Shown here one piece after another: positions 49,268 to 61,439 of a stretch of DNA of 64,000 bases (position 1 is its first letter; each line of letters begins with the position of its first letter). The translations under genes and the position numbers were made by a program. The DNA lies in assembly GCF_964194155.1 (NCBI RefSeq), contig NC_135887.1:95294001-95358000 (forward strand), read 5' to 3'. The DNA is from Cetorhinus maximus (Eukaryota). The notes beneath the pieces were generated by a model that worked only from the letters and a program-made list of their open reading frames with translations, searched no databases and had not been told where the DNA came from.

Positions 49268-50950
49268 ATGGCTGCGGCCCAGAAAGGAGAATTCATGTGG
49301 GAGGTAAGATCAGCGGGGTAGTCGGCCCCGCATTTCTCCGACGAATGCCTCGCTGTACTCCTGGAGGAGGTGGCTGTCAGAAGGGACACCCATGTCTCCA
49401 GAGATGGGAGGAGGAGGCCACTGCACCTTACCAAGAGGGCACGGGAGGAGGTGGCATCCCGGGTGAGCAGCCACAACATGGTGCGGCACGCCTGGCTCCA
49501 GTGCCGGAAGTGCTTCAATGATCTGCTGCACTCAGGAATGGTGAGTCTCGTGTTGGCATGGGTCAGTATGGAGAGCAGTTAAGGTCTGGCCATCCCCCTG
49601 TGGAGCTCAGGGGTGTCAGAGTCTGACTGGCACCTGTCAACCCGGAGTTGGCTAAGTGGGTGAACCCTGGCTGCTTGGACTGAGTGCCTTGCGGGTCGAG
49701 GGCCATGAATTGGGTGTACCATGTGAGGTGTTCCTCAGGTGAGGTTGGCCAGTCTACAATGGCACTGCAGGAAGAGAGTGGACTAATCAATGCTCCTCTA
49801 GCCTTTCAGGAGAAGACATCCCATAACAGTATTGAGAGGTGGCGGACTGGCAGGGGACCCCCACACCTTATTCTCACCCGCTATGAGCAGGAGGCCTTGG
49901 AGATCGAGAGGCGGCATGCACCTCAATCAACCGGCCACAGTGAGGTTGGGGTGTCAGATGAAGTTAAGAGTGCAGTGCACTGAGGTGAGAATGCTTGTGC
50001 AACCATACTAGTGTACTCTCTTCTCGAACCTGGAGTCCCCACTGATAATCAAAAGACGAGGGCACCATGATGCGGATCTCCATTGTCTCACCAGGGTGCC
50101 TGGCATGCACAGTGACAGTGTGATGACTTAAACTAATGACATGTTCTTCTTCTCCCTTTTAGGCTCACCAGCAGGTGGTTGCACTCAGGACCCTGACCCT
50201 AGAGGACCACCATGCTCCTCATGCACCTGCATCACACCCACTCTGTCAAGCAGGCACCAGCGCAGATACCAGCACCTCGGTGGGCATTAGATCACCATCT
50301 AGTATCTCGGTGCACATTGGTGAGGGCACTTCACACTCGCTTGAGGTGCAGGTGGAGGCAGAGAGTGCCCAGGGCGATGGTAGTCGGAGGTGCTGACGAC
50401 CAGGACAATGCTCAGTCGAAGGCTGATGATGGGCCTCTGGAGTCGTCCATTAGGCAGCAGATGCTGGATGTCCAGCGGGGTGTGCAGGAGGATCTGGCAG
50501 AGATCCATGAGGGTATGCGTGCCATGGTCTCCGTTTTGGAGGAGTCTCTGCGGAGCATGACCACTGCATTGACCCTCATGGCCGAGCGCAATGCCTCCTC
50601 CATGGACAGAGTGGTGACTCTCTTGGAGAGGCTGTTCCAGGGACACAATCAGGGGTCCCTGGGTTGCGCTCAGACCTGCAAGCCCACACACTGGCAATGG
50701 CCTCAGCTGGTCAGTGTCCGGGCGTGAGATGAATGGGGCATCCAGTATCCCAGCTAGGAGCCCATCCATCAATGGTGAGCAGCAAGGTCTAGAGCACCAC
50801 AGGCTCCACTGGCCAAAGAACAACCGCCAAGGTCACCAAAGCCAACAAGACAGCAGAGTCAGCAGGCTGTCCCCAATGCCGGTGCCAGTGATGGGAGAGC
50901 ACCTAGACGTAGCACCCCTAAACGCAAGTTTAAAGCAGCTTAAGCACAAG
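49268..50950 (+). pseudogene. Harbinger Myb/SANT-like DNA-binding protein, three exons, disrupted
   Basis: Exon 1 (49268-49540): MAAAQ...*SAPHFSDECLAVLLEEV.VRRD...EEVASRV...WLQCRKCFNDL, with an in-frame TAG. Donor GTGAGT at 49541, acceptor TTTCAG at 49809. Exon 2: EKTSHNSIERWRTGRGPP. Branch/polypyrimidine/AG acceptor at 50162. Exon 3 is coiled-coil-like. Confidence 0.8.
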
Positions 50951-51263
50951 ACAGGCTGGTCACGGGTGATATTTTGTTCCCCATTTTGCTTTCAGTTTTT
51001 TAATGGTGTGACTACCAACACCGGTTAATGTTCAGTTCAGGAATCTGTCACTTCTAACATTAAATGACATTTGATTTGTGTTATTGGCCTGAGTATGCTT
51101 CATTTGTTCCATAGGTGCTGGGTAGGCCATTATTTAATGATGGACGTGTGTCTCCTGAAAATTTATTGCACAGGCACTGTGTGTATCTTGGTGGCCAAGG
51201 GATCCTCTCTGGGATCGAGGATGGAGGCAGCAGACTTAGTAGTGGTAGTTCTTATTTGATAGC

Positions 51264-52467
51264 CTAGCTGAAGGAGGGTTGGATCAATGCATCCCAGGTG
51301 TCCCTGCCTCCCTGGATGTTACCCAGGTCTGCCTCCATGCCCTCAGCATTCTCCTCACCGTGCTTATCCTCGGACTCACTACTGGGCTCATCATTTGTTG
51401 CCTGTTAAGCTGTGTCAATGTCCTCTTCCTTCACTGGGTCCCCCCTTGCCCATGCCAGATTGTGGAGAGTGCAGCATGCAACCACTCTGGGGGTATTGCA
51501 GTACGCCCCATGAATGGTCCAGGCATCAGAAGTGCATCTTGAGAAGACCAATGGTCCTCTCTCCCACCACACTTGTGGAGGCATGGCTCCTGTTGTACCG
51601 CTGCTCGTCCTCTGTCCTTGGGTGGTGGAGAGGCATCATGAGCTACCTTTTCAGGAGATAGCCCTTGTCACCCAGCAGCCATCCATCTAGTCGGGCTAGA
51701 GCACTGAAAAGCCTCAGCACCTGGGAGTGTCTCAGGATGTAAGCATCATGGCAGCTGCCAGGGTACCTTGCACAGACTTTCTGAATCTGCATTTTGAGAT
51801 CACACACTATCTGCATGTTCATGGAGTGGAATCCCTTCCTGTTGACGAAGGCACTGGGATCACCCACTGGCACCTTGATGGCCAAGTGTGCAGTCGATGG
51901 TACCCTGGACGCGGGGGAACCCAGCAATCACTGCAAAGCCTCGGGCTCGCTTAGCCTGGCTGGCCTTATCTGTGCAGAAATGAATGAAAGTCAATGCATG
52001 ACTGAACAGAGCTTCTGTCACCAGTTTGATGCAACTGTGGACGGTTGATTGGGAGACTTCACACAGATCCCCCACTGAGCCCTGGAAAGAGCTGGAGGCA
52101 TAGAAGTTGAGGGCCGCTGTGACATTCAGAGACACTAGCATGGGGTGTCCATCCACACAGCCGGAGCTGTTCTCAGGCCCGGTAATCTGACAAATGGAGG
52201 TGACGGTCTCCCTCGAGAGGCGGAGCCTCCTTCAGCATTGCCTGTCAGACATATTGAGGTAGTTGCATCGCCGCCTGTAAACTCTAGCGGCAGGATAGTG
52301 CCGTCTTCTGTGGCCACTTCCTGCTGGCCCTGCCCCCCTTGTGCCTGCGCCTCTCCTCCCACAGGTTCCTCCCCTGGAAGCTGCAGTGGGACAACTGGCA
52401 TCCTCTCCCTTCTGCCTCTCTCTTCCTCTTCAGAAGAGGTGCCTCCAGTGGAGACCACAGTCCCCAT
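51264..52467 (-). pseudogene. Harbinger DDE transposase (HARBI1-family), frameshifted
   Basis: MGTVVSTGG..., ALNFYASSSFQGSVGDLCEVSQS, GFPRVQGTIDCTH, FVNRKGFHSMNMQIVCD...RYPGSCHDAYIL, WLLGDKGY, ending DALIQPSFS*. Confidence 0.9.
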
Positions 52468-53894
52468 TACTACGGTTATGGGAAGCTGTCTGATACTTGG
52501 AAGGGCCCACATGGTCTGAATCCTCTGGGGACCTGGAACACAACAATGAGGCCTGAAATGAAGCCTATAAATGCTCAGGATGAAGCTCTGAAGCGAAATG
52601 AAGCTTTCCAGTTCACATAAGCAACCAGCAGCACACGATTTCCAAAGTTCCTCATTACTCATATTGACAATGCTGCTGACCCTTCTTATCCTGCCTATGG
52701 ATGAGCTTTTGCAAATTGTGGCCTGTCTGTCTGCCCATTTTTCCCGTGCAATGGCCAAGAAATTGCACAAGCAACGTAAAATCGCCGACAGTTGGGGTGT
52801 CAAGGGCCTTAACTGACCTTTTAATTAATGGCGAGCCCAGCTCTGTCTCCCATGCGTGCCTGCCGACCAAAATATTGCGAGAGTACGCGTTGATGTTGGG
52901 GCGCTCGCTCGACTTCAACGGCGTCATTTCATGGCTCGAGTGGGTAGGGCATACGCCCGCCCGCTGAGGTGAAAATTCTGCCTTTAATTTCTGCTGAATT
53001 AAATTTTGGAATGTAGTGATATATGTAAAACTTACTCCTCAACCTCAAAAATAGTCATTATTCTCCTTTTAAAGGAAGTTATGTTATGTTATGTTATGTT
53101 AAACATCTTACATTTCTTCTCTCTTACACCATATGATCCAGTGTCTCGTATATTAACTTCCTTTCATACAAAGCAGCTTGGCAAGGCTGAGCAATCTGTC
53201 AATGCTTCCCATTGCATAGCTTTAGAGATTACACTTAATGTTGTTACACCAGTAACATGGCAAACCTTTCTCTTGACATCTTCTGTAAAAAAAAGGCATT
53301 TAGATACAATTTTGGTACTTATTATAGAATATAGTTCCATCATAATTATCAGTGGCTTACTGCCCAGTTTAATAGAGAGGAATAAAAGCATTTTGGCAAT
53401 TTGGCATCTGATTTTGTCAGTGGGAAAAGACAAATTCTCAACACCAGCTTGAAATATAAGTGCAATGGAACAGCTAAGGCAAGTTACCAATGCCAGCTCC
53501 AGATTGACACTGTTTAGCGTTCTTAACACTCTATAGTATACCTTGAGTAAACTCGAGAAAATAGGCTTCTGAGAGAAAGATGAGCTTTTCTGATGCAGAC
53601 AGAATTCTGAAACAATGCTTGCAGTTCTGCTCATATATTTTGAAAGAGGTTATGTGAGACACATAAGGTCAGATCTTAACTTGGGACTTGCATCATTGAG
53701 ATAGCGACATGGAGAATGAAAAGTCACCATGACATCACCAGCATAAGGCCAGGGCAAGTTTAACGTTTGGGCTTATCTTAATATGATTGTCAGGCTGACC
53801 ATGCAATTGGTTTGGATATAAGCAGCCCACCTACTTTCTCCATTTAATTGTTGGCGGGCCAACGAAGGCCAACTTAAAACAGGATTTTTATTAC

Positions 53895-54125
53895 TTACTT
53901 TACTTTCAAGATATGGGCTTCAATGGCAATGCCGCAATTTATCACCCATCTCTTTGTTTTCCGTGCAAACATGGTTAACCTTCTTCTTAAACTGCTGCAG
54001 TATGTTTGGTGAAGGTGCATCCATAATACTGTCAAATAGCGTTCCAGGATTTTGACCCAGCTACAAGAAGAAGTGGCCATATATGTCTAAATCTAGAATA
54101 TGCATGATTTGGAAGGGAACATGAT
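53895..54125 (-). mobile_element. LINE 3' end (family of 1-144)
   Basis: AACTGCTGCAG...TTCCAGGATTTTGACCCAGC matches 56423-56496. Confidence 0.65.
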
Positions 54126-54179
54126 AGTGTGTCCATTAAAGGGAGACTATATTCCCCACTTTTGAGTTTGTTCCAATAC

Positions 54180-54745
54180 TGTGGACATGATTCATCAAAT
54201 GATACAGCACAGGAAGCCATTTGGATCATTTGGGCACTGCCGGTCTTTGATAGAGTCAAGCAGTTAGTCTAACTCTTCAGCTCTTTTCCCATAGCCCTGT
54301 AACTCATTTCCTTTCAAGCATTTCAGACAATTTATTCCGTATGCAATAACTCGCTATGTGAAAAAAGAATGTTTCCTCATGACTCTTGGTTCTTTTGCCA
54401 ATCACCTTAAATCTCTGTTCTCTGGTTATTGATGCTCCTGCCACTGGAAACAGTTACTTCTTGTTTACTCTATTAAAACCATTCATGATTTTGAACACCT
54501 CTATCAAATTTCCTCCTAACCTTCTCTGCTAAAAGAAGATCAACATCAGTTTCTCCTGTCTATCTACATAACTGAAGTCCCTCATCCCCTGGTACCATTC
54601 TAGTAAATCTCTGCTGCACCCTGTCTAAGGCCCTGAGATCTTTCCTAAAAAGTGTGATGCCCACAATTAAATACACTACTCTAGCTGAGGCTTAACTAGT
54701 GCTTCATAAAGGTTTATCAAACTTCCTTGCTTTCGTTCCTTCTTT
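54180..54745 (-). mobile_element. CR1 LINE 3' portion
   Basis: Antisense CR1 tail (ACAGCACAGGAAGCCATTTGGATCATT) and RT C-terminal sequence. Confidence 0.65.
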
Positions 54746-54748
54746 TCT

Positions 54749-55700
54749 TGTTAAAATCCTGGACCAGACTCTAAGCTTTTTGGTACGATCTGTTTAAGGA
54801 TCAGTAACTTTTACTGTAAAGTAGACAAAGTTTGAGATTCAAGGTATTTTCTAAGAGGATAGAAAAGATTCCACAATTTCTGAACAAACAAAATAAACCT
54901 TACTATACAAAGTCAGAAAAGTAAAACAACTTACAATATCTATCTTATACTCTAACATTCAGAGTTAGAAATGTGAATTAACAGGAAAACTGTGATCGAA
55001 CACACTACACTACACAATAATTGGCAAATGTGACAGACAGATTCCACAGATTTCTCAGCAACCAACCTAGATGTCAGTATCCGCTGTGAGTTACATAATC
55101 TTGGTAAAACTCTGTCTCCCTTATGAGGGACTGCAAGTCTTCACTCTTCCCTTTTGAAGATATAGCCTTGGAATTCCCTCTGAAAGTTAATCCAACTCGG
55201 ACTGCCTCAATGACTGCTCACCTCCCAGAGATTCAATTTCATCTCCCAAGACTACATTCCCCAGATTCCCGAGTCTGCACTCCAGCACCAACTCATTGGC
55301 ACAACATCAGCACTTCAGCCACACTGAACAGAACACCACTGCTCCAAAGGATTATATTTGCCCCAATGGCCTACAGCACAGAGTCACCAACTTTCTGCTG
55401 CCTTTTCACTCTCCAGGGCTTCTCCCGAGCCCTCATTACTTGAAGCCTGCCAAACACAGTCTTTTTACTGCTAGGGGTCTCTTTCTTTGCTCCTCTACCA
55501 GTGGTTCCTACCAGTTGTCTCCTCCACCCAGTGGCTCCTTCCTTGGTTCTCTCCCTCTCTCTCTCTGAGACCTCCCCCTGTCCCGAGACTCACTTCTGAC
55601 ATGGTGCCCCACTCCTGGGTCCCCTGATCCGGTTTTTGCTCTGTTTCCTCCTCAGGCAGGTGCACTGGGCACATGTCCCCTGCCCAAAGAACAATAAAAT
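54749..55700 (-). mobile_element. probable LTR remnant
   Basis: Begins TGTTA inside CR1 sequence and has an organisation reminiscent of the LTR at 2328-3234. The other end is not defined. Confidence 0.35.
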
Positions 55701-55714
55701 GCTGGACTGCGCAA

Positions 55715-57712
55715 GTACATTGGCAGCATCTTCTTCTCTAGTGAAGCCAACTGCAAAGTACTCATTACACCTTTGCTCAGTCAAATGCCTTTTAAAAGTC
55801 CATATACACATCAAATGCACTACCCTCATCAACCTTCTCTTTTACTTCAAAGAACTCAATCATGTTAGTCAAGCATGATTTTCCTTTATAAATCCCCGCT
55901 GACTTTCATTTATCGGCCTATACTTTTCCAAATGCTAATTCATTATGTCTGAGAACCTCTGTCTCCACAACTCGATCTCCTTGTTAGTTTCCAGTCGGCT
56001 TCACCTTTCCTTCAACTACGCTTTTACTATTGCCATGTTCATAGAAGACTTTTGGGTTACCTTTAGTGTTAGCTGCTGATCTATTTTCATACTTTCTTTT
56101 TGTCCCCTTATTTCTTTTTTAAGATCACCTCTGCACTTCCTATATTCAGTGTAGTTTTCTACTGTATTATGAACCTTACATTTGTCATTAGCCACCTTTT
56201 CTGTCTCATTTTATCCTCTATTTTTAGTTTCCCAAGTTTCTCCAGCTTTGGATGCCCCTTACTTTCCTTCTCATGCTTTGTACCCAAACCATCTCCTCTT
56301 CGAAGGCTTCCCATTCTACAATTTTAAAAATTCATTCATGGCATGTGCGCTTCATTGGCTGGGCTAGCATTTACTGCCCATCCCTAATTGCCCTTGAGAA
56401 GGTGGTGCTGAGCTGCCTTCTTGAACTGCTGCAGTCCATGTAGTGTAGGTATACCCACAGTGCTGTTAGGGAGGGAGTTCCAGGATTTTGACCCAGCGAC
56501 AGTGGAGGAACAGCGATATAGTTCCAAGTCAAGATGGTTTGTGACTTGGAGGGGAACTTGCAGGTGGTGGTGTTCCCATGAATCTGCTGCCCTTGGCCTT
56601 CTAGGTGGTAGAGGTCACAGGTTTGGAAGGTATTGCTGAAGGAGCCTTGGTAAGTTACTGCAGTGCATCTTGTAGATGGTACACACTGCTGCCATTGTGC
56701 ATCAGTGGTGGAGGGAGTGAATGTTTAAGGTGGTGGATGGGGTGCCAATCAAGTGGGCTGCTTTGTCTTGGATGATGTCAAGCTTCTTGAGTTTTGTTGG
56801 AGCTGCACTCATCCGGACAACTGGAGAGTATTCCATCACACTCCTGATTTGTGTCAGGACAAGCTTTGGGGAGTCAGGAGGTGAGTTACTGTTTTGCTAC
56901 CACCTTTTGTCTCCAATTCACCTGTGTGAGATCCCGTTTCAATTCACAGAAGTTGGCCCTCCTCCAGTTAAGCATTTTTTGATTATTTTTTGTCTTTTCC
57001 CATTAGTATTTTAAACCTAATGATATTATGATCACATTTGCCCAAATGCTCTCCCATTCAAACATGTTCCATTTGCCCCACTTCATTCCACAGACCTTCC
57101 TTTCTTGCTGAAAACACATGAAATAAGAAAGTTCTCTGGTACACATTTCAGGACTTCCTCTTTGCCCTTTAAACTGTTGCTATCCCTGTCTATATTATAA
57201 CTGAAGCCTCCCATTATCACTATTCTGTAGTTATTGCATCTTTCTGTGATTTGCTTGCAAATGTTCTCCCTTATCTCCTCACTATTTTGTGGCATGTAGT
57301 ATACAGCCAGTAGAGAAAAGCTCCTCTATTTTTTCTTAATTCTAAATACATAGGTTCCGTCTTTGATCCCTCATATTCATCATCCCTTTCCAGTCCTAGA
57401 ATAGTTCCTTTGAACAATACTGACATCTTCTCCACTTTTTCCTTCCCTATCTTTCCTGAATCCCTTGTCTCCAGGAATAATTCCCAATCCTTCTCATCTT
57501 TGAGCCAGGTCTTTGTTATTGCCACTATATGATAGCCTCATGTGGCAACTTGTGCCTGCAGCTCACTGACCGTATTTACCACAGTATGTGCATTTATACA
57601 GATGCATTCTAAACACATTTTAGACACTCTCACATTTTCCTCTGGTCTGATACACCCTATTTCTGAACTATTTTTATTCTAGTGCTATTTGTCTCTCACA
57701 GTCCTCTGGACA
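55715..57712 (-). mobile_element. CR1 LINE ORF2 fragments (endonuclease to RT), with nested LINE
   Basis: ORF 57271..57525 (AITKTWLKD..DW) and ORF 57083..57295 (ICKQITERCNNYRIVIMGGFSY). Confidence 0.7.
56330..56888 (-). mobile_element. LINE 3' end including RT C-terminus (family of 1-144)
   Basis: Antisense translation RSVMEYSP...MSAAPTKLKKLDIIQDKAAHLIG...IHSLHH, followed by the shared tail ending ATGAATGAAT. Confidence 0.8.
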
Positions 57713-58165
57713 GATGACTGCCACAGTACCAAAATGATTCTTGCTAAAATAATTAAGTATTGGTAAGACAAAAGCCTTTGTCTCTGGCCCCCTCTTAAAG
57801 CTCTGCTTCCTACTCACCAACTCCACCTCTCTCCCTGCCACTGTCAGAAGCTGAACCAGATGCAATCTTGTTGTCATATCCAGCCCCCAGATAAGCTTTG
57901 TACCATAAATGCACATCATCTCTAAGACTGCCTATTTCTACCTCCATAACATTACCTCTTTGCCCATAGGATGCCAGTTGTGACTTTAGCAAGAATCATT
58001 TTGGTACTGTGGCAGTCATCTGTCCAGAGGACTGTGAGAGACAAATAGCACTAGAATAAAAATAGTTCAGAAATAGGGTGTATCAGACCAGAGGAAAATG
58101 TGAGAGTGTCTAAAATGTGTTTAGAATGCATCTGTATAAATGCACATACTGTGGTAAATACGGTC
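57568..58165. repeat. perfect 181-bp inverted duplication (57568-57748 / 57985-58165), 236-bp spacer
   Basis: Base-by-base reverse-complement identity by eye, from GACCGTATTTACC to TTCTTGCTAAA. Confidence 0.95.
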
Positions 58166-58731
58166 TTACCTCCACACTTGAACCATGCTAATGCATTCCT
58201 GACCAGTCTATCACAGACAACGTTCTGTAAACTTGAGGTCATCCATACCCTGCTGTCTATGCCCTAACGTGCATCAAGTCCTGACCATGTGCTCGCTGAC
58301 CTACTTTGGCTCCAGTTATGCAACACCTTAATTTGAAAATTCTCACCCTTGTTTTCAAATTCTCACTGTCCCCACCCCCCCACCCCCACTCCCCCCACCA
58401 CCACTACCTATCTCTGTAATCTCCTTCAGCCCCACAACCCTATGAGAAATCTGAACTCCTTTAACCCTGAGCTTGAGCATCTCCAATTTTAATTATTTCA
58501 CTTTTGATGGCCTTGCCTTCAGCTTCTTGGGACCTAAGCTCTGAAATTCCCATCCTCTCTGCCTCTATCTCACTTTCCTTCTTTAAGATGCTACGTACCA
58601 TTTTGAACACAATTTGGCCATCTGACATATATACCCTCATGCGATTTGCTGTCAAATTTTGTTTTATAATGGACATGAAATGTCTTGTGACAATTTATTA
58701 TATTAAAGGCACTTTATAAGGATGAGTTGTT
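57713..58731 (+). mobile_element. L2 LINE 3' portion, interrupted by an inverted 181-bp local copy
   Basis: Colinear with 25130-25862 (GCCTATTTCTACCTCCATAACATT, AAAATTCTCACCCTTGTTTTCAAAT, TTAAAGGCACTTTATAAG...GTTGTTG tail). Confidence 0.75.
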
Positions 58732-60099
58732 GTAATGAGTCAGAGGAATGCCCCCATTTTATCTGATGCCTCCGTCAATGATCTCAGAGCAAGGAGTGAG
58801 GTGCAGTTTCCCCAACACCTGTGGGAATTAAGCCAGGACCAAATATGATATGGAGGTGGTTGAAAGGATTGCCACCAGCAACATCACTTCCTAGATCTAC
58901 TTTGGGACAGCACATGGTAAATTACTTCACAAGAAAAGTGAGAATGAATATTTTACCTCACCAAATCTCTCAGCAACACTTTCGCCCTTTGTCATAAAAT
59001 CCGATTACAGCCACGAATTACTTACGGGCATTTTAAACTTTTTAAGGAAGACGTGTGTGTTTTTAAAGAAATACAAGCAAGGACACTGGCAAAAGGGTGG
59101 CTGATAGTGTAAGGTGACCACATTCTGGAAAATTCTTATGTGGATTATACTGACAGACCTGTCCTGAGAGAACATGAAATGTCACACCTGAAAAGGTGTC
59201 ATGGCCTTCTTCAAGCAAAGACACTGAAAAGGGATAAAAACAGAGCTCTGAAGAAGAGTCATACAAACTCAAAACATTAACCCTGTTTCTCTCTCCACAG
59301 ATGCTGTCAAACTTGCTGAGTTTTTCCAGCATTTTCTGTTTTTTTTTCAGATTTCCATCATCTGCAGTATTTTCTTTCACATTTATGAGGGAGATAGGAA
59401 AGATGCAAAAGATTAAACTTTAATCTCCTGTGGTTGCGGAGACAAAAGACTGATTACCACGTCTCAGCAGTCATCTAAAATCCATCTCCTGTTGATTTTC
59501 ATATCTCAGAATGTATAAAATGGTCAGAGATCAAATAAAACAGACTCTGGGCACGAGATATCATTTTTTTTCCCTTACAGGAATACAGCGGGAAAAATGG
59601 GTTAACAGCTTCTTCAGCCATACTTCAGAATCTAATATTTCCAAACCAACTTCAAAACTACCAAAGTCAGCTCCACTGGAAACACCCAACTTAATGGCCG
59701 CAACATAACGCCATCTACACCTCACAGACAAGCCAAAGACTGATTTGTATATCTTTTTTAACTTTAAATTGGACTCTTAACTTCTCATTTCTAATCTGTG
59801 TGTATGTGTGTTGCATTTTTATGATTTTTCTCAGGTTTTTAGTAACTAATAAACTTACTCTTTCTTTGACTCAAGAAAGCCTGGTTAAATTGGCTCCTAA
59901 AAATAAAAATACATTGGGACTGAGAAAAGGTACCCACGGGGGAAAGGATCCCTTTTAATCAACCTTGTTGTGACCAACCAAGGGGCTGGGCTAAAGAAGG
60001 GGAGCCAGCTCATTCCTCCTAACCCGTGAGCATAACAAAATTGGGGTCCCATTCAAAAGTTAACAAATTGGGGGACCTCACCTGGGACCAGTCGTAACA
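58731..60099 (+). mobile_element. solo LTR-like element (related to 44652-45449) containing a Penelope-derived insert
   Basis: TGTAA start and GTAACA end. The 3' region is homologous to 45260-45449. PBS-like motifs are present internally near the 3' end. Confidence 0.55.
59244..59380 (+). mobile_element. short Penelope pLTR-derived element (decayed hammerhead)
   Basis: CTGAAGAAGAGTCATACAAACTCAAAACATTAAC...CCACAGATGCTGTCAAACTTGCTGAGTTTTTCCAGC. Confidence 0.75.
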
Positions 60100-61439
60100 C
60101 CTTCCATCACCATTCTCAATAAATCCCTCTCCTCCATCACATCATTCAACATACAATCTCAAGGGCAAATTGTAAAACCTTTCTTTCTCATTCCAACATG
60201 CTCAACTCTTTCACTTCATTTTTTTCTTTCTTTTATCAATTGCCTCCACACTAACATTAAGAACAAAAAAGTGAATTAGTGCTTGGCATGGGACAAGTAA
60301 TGAATTAGCCAGCATTGCTAAAAGATGACTGGTGTTGCTAAATGATAAGAATAGTTTTCTATAAATAAAACCAGGGTGGCTGCAATACCTCTTTTTTCAC
60401 AGTTGAATTCAGTTCTGATTATATTTATATTACTTGCTAATGAGTAGCAAAGCATTTTCCGCTTTCACATTTAAACAGTTGTCTGGTTTCTTCAACCTAA
60501 CTGCACACAGATGGCATCACAGATCTGAGTAAGAACTACTATCTGACTGAGTATGAAATACTGTTTTTTTTCTAGACATGGGGTAGAAGCATCCAGATCA
60601 GGTTAGATCATATATTTTCAGTAGGCAGGATTGTGCTCATTGCTGCTGTGAACCTGCTTTACTGAAATCAGATCTGTAGAAATTAAACTCAACTTTCATT
60701 GTCACTGTAGCACAAAATTACATTGCTGCATTTCTGCAAAGCACATCTGTGCGTGAGTAAAAGCAAAGATAAATTTACAATAATATACAAAACATACAAT
60801 ATAAAAAATTTTAAAAAAACTCAAAATAAAATAGGCTCCTGTTACAGGAGCTTGAAGTTCAGGTGACCTCAAAAGAAGTGAAAAATTGGAAAAAGACTAT
60901 ATAACATACAGTTTCTCACTCCTTTGAAGTTAAATCAGGAACCAAAGGAATCAAATATGCATCTTTATCAATTTCAAAAGGCTGTCAAACATCCTGCAGC
61001 ATCAGCAGATTTAAATTCAATCGCTTGGTTCTATCCTGGGATGAAAAGAATTGGTCCTAGTACTCTGGATAAACTGTAAGACATTCTCTCATCTGTATGC
61101 AATTATCTTTCCAGCAACTAAGAATAAAACACATACATAAGCAACATCGCACATAAAACATTAGGATAGTAATGCCATTCTGGCTCATAAAACAGACACT
61201 GATTTATATTCCCAGATTGTTCTGTGCCAACCTTAAGTGAATCAGGTTTTAACTGTAATGAAATGGTGGAACAAAAAAAGATACCTTATACAAAATACAT
61301 TTTGTCAAAAGGGGCATGGCCGCATTTGTAAGATGGCAATTCCAACAACACAGCACTCTTACAGCACTGCAGTAAAATGTCAGCCTCTAATAACTGCTCA
61401 AACCCCAGAATGTGCTTGAACCAGCAAAAAAATTACATA

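Larger units (their letters stand above)
49003..52983. mobile_element. complete PIF/Harbinger DNA transposon (3981 bp), two convergent genes, inactivated
   Basis: TIRs GGGCAGAATTTT / AAAATTCTGCCT, with TTA TSD at 49000-49002 and 52984-52986. Myb/SANT gene on +, DDE transposase on -. Confidence 0.92.

Noticed and set aside
51264-52467. Host HARBI1 gene
   Set aside because: It lies inside TIRs with a TSD, is frameshifted and has paralogous decayed copies in the window, so it is a transposon copy rather than the domesticated gene.
53006-53634. Overlapping ORFs of 148 aa (+) and 156 aa (-) in unique DNA
   Set aside because: No recognisable domain or convincing splice context; could be chance ORFs. 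A protein search would be needed to revisit.
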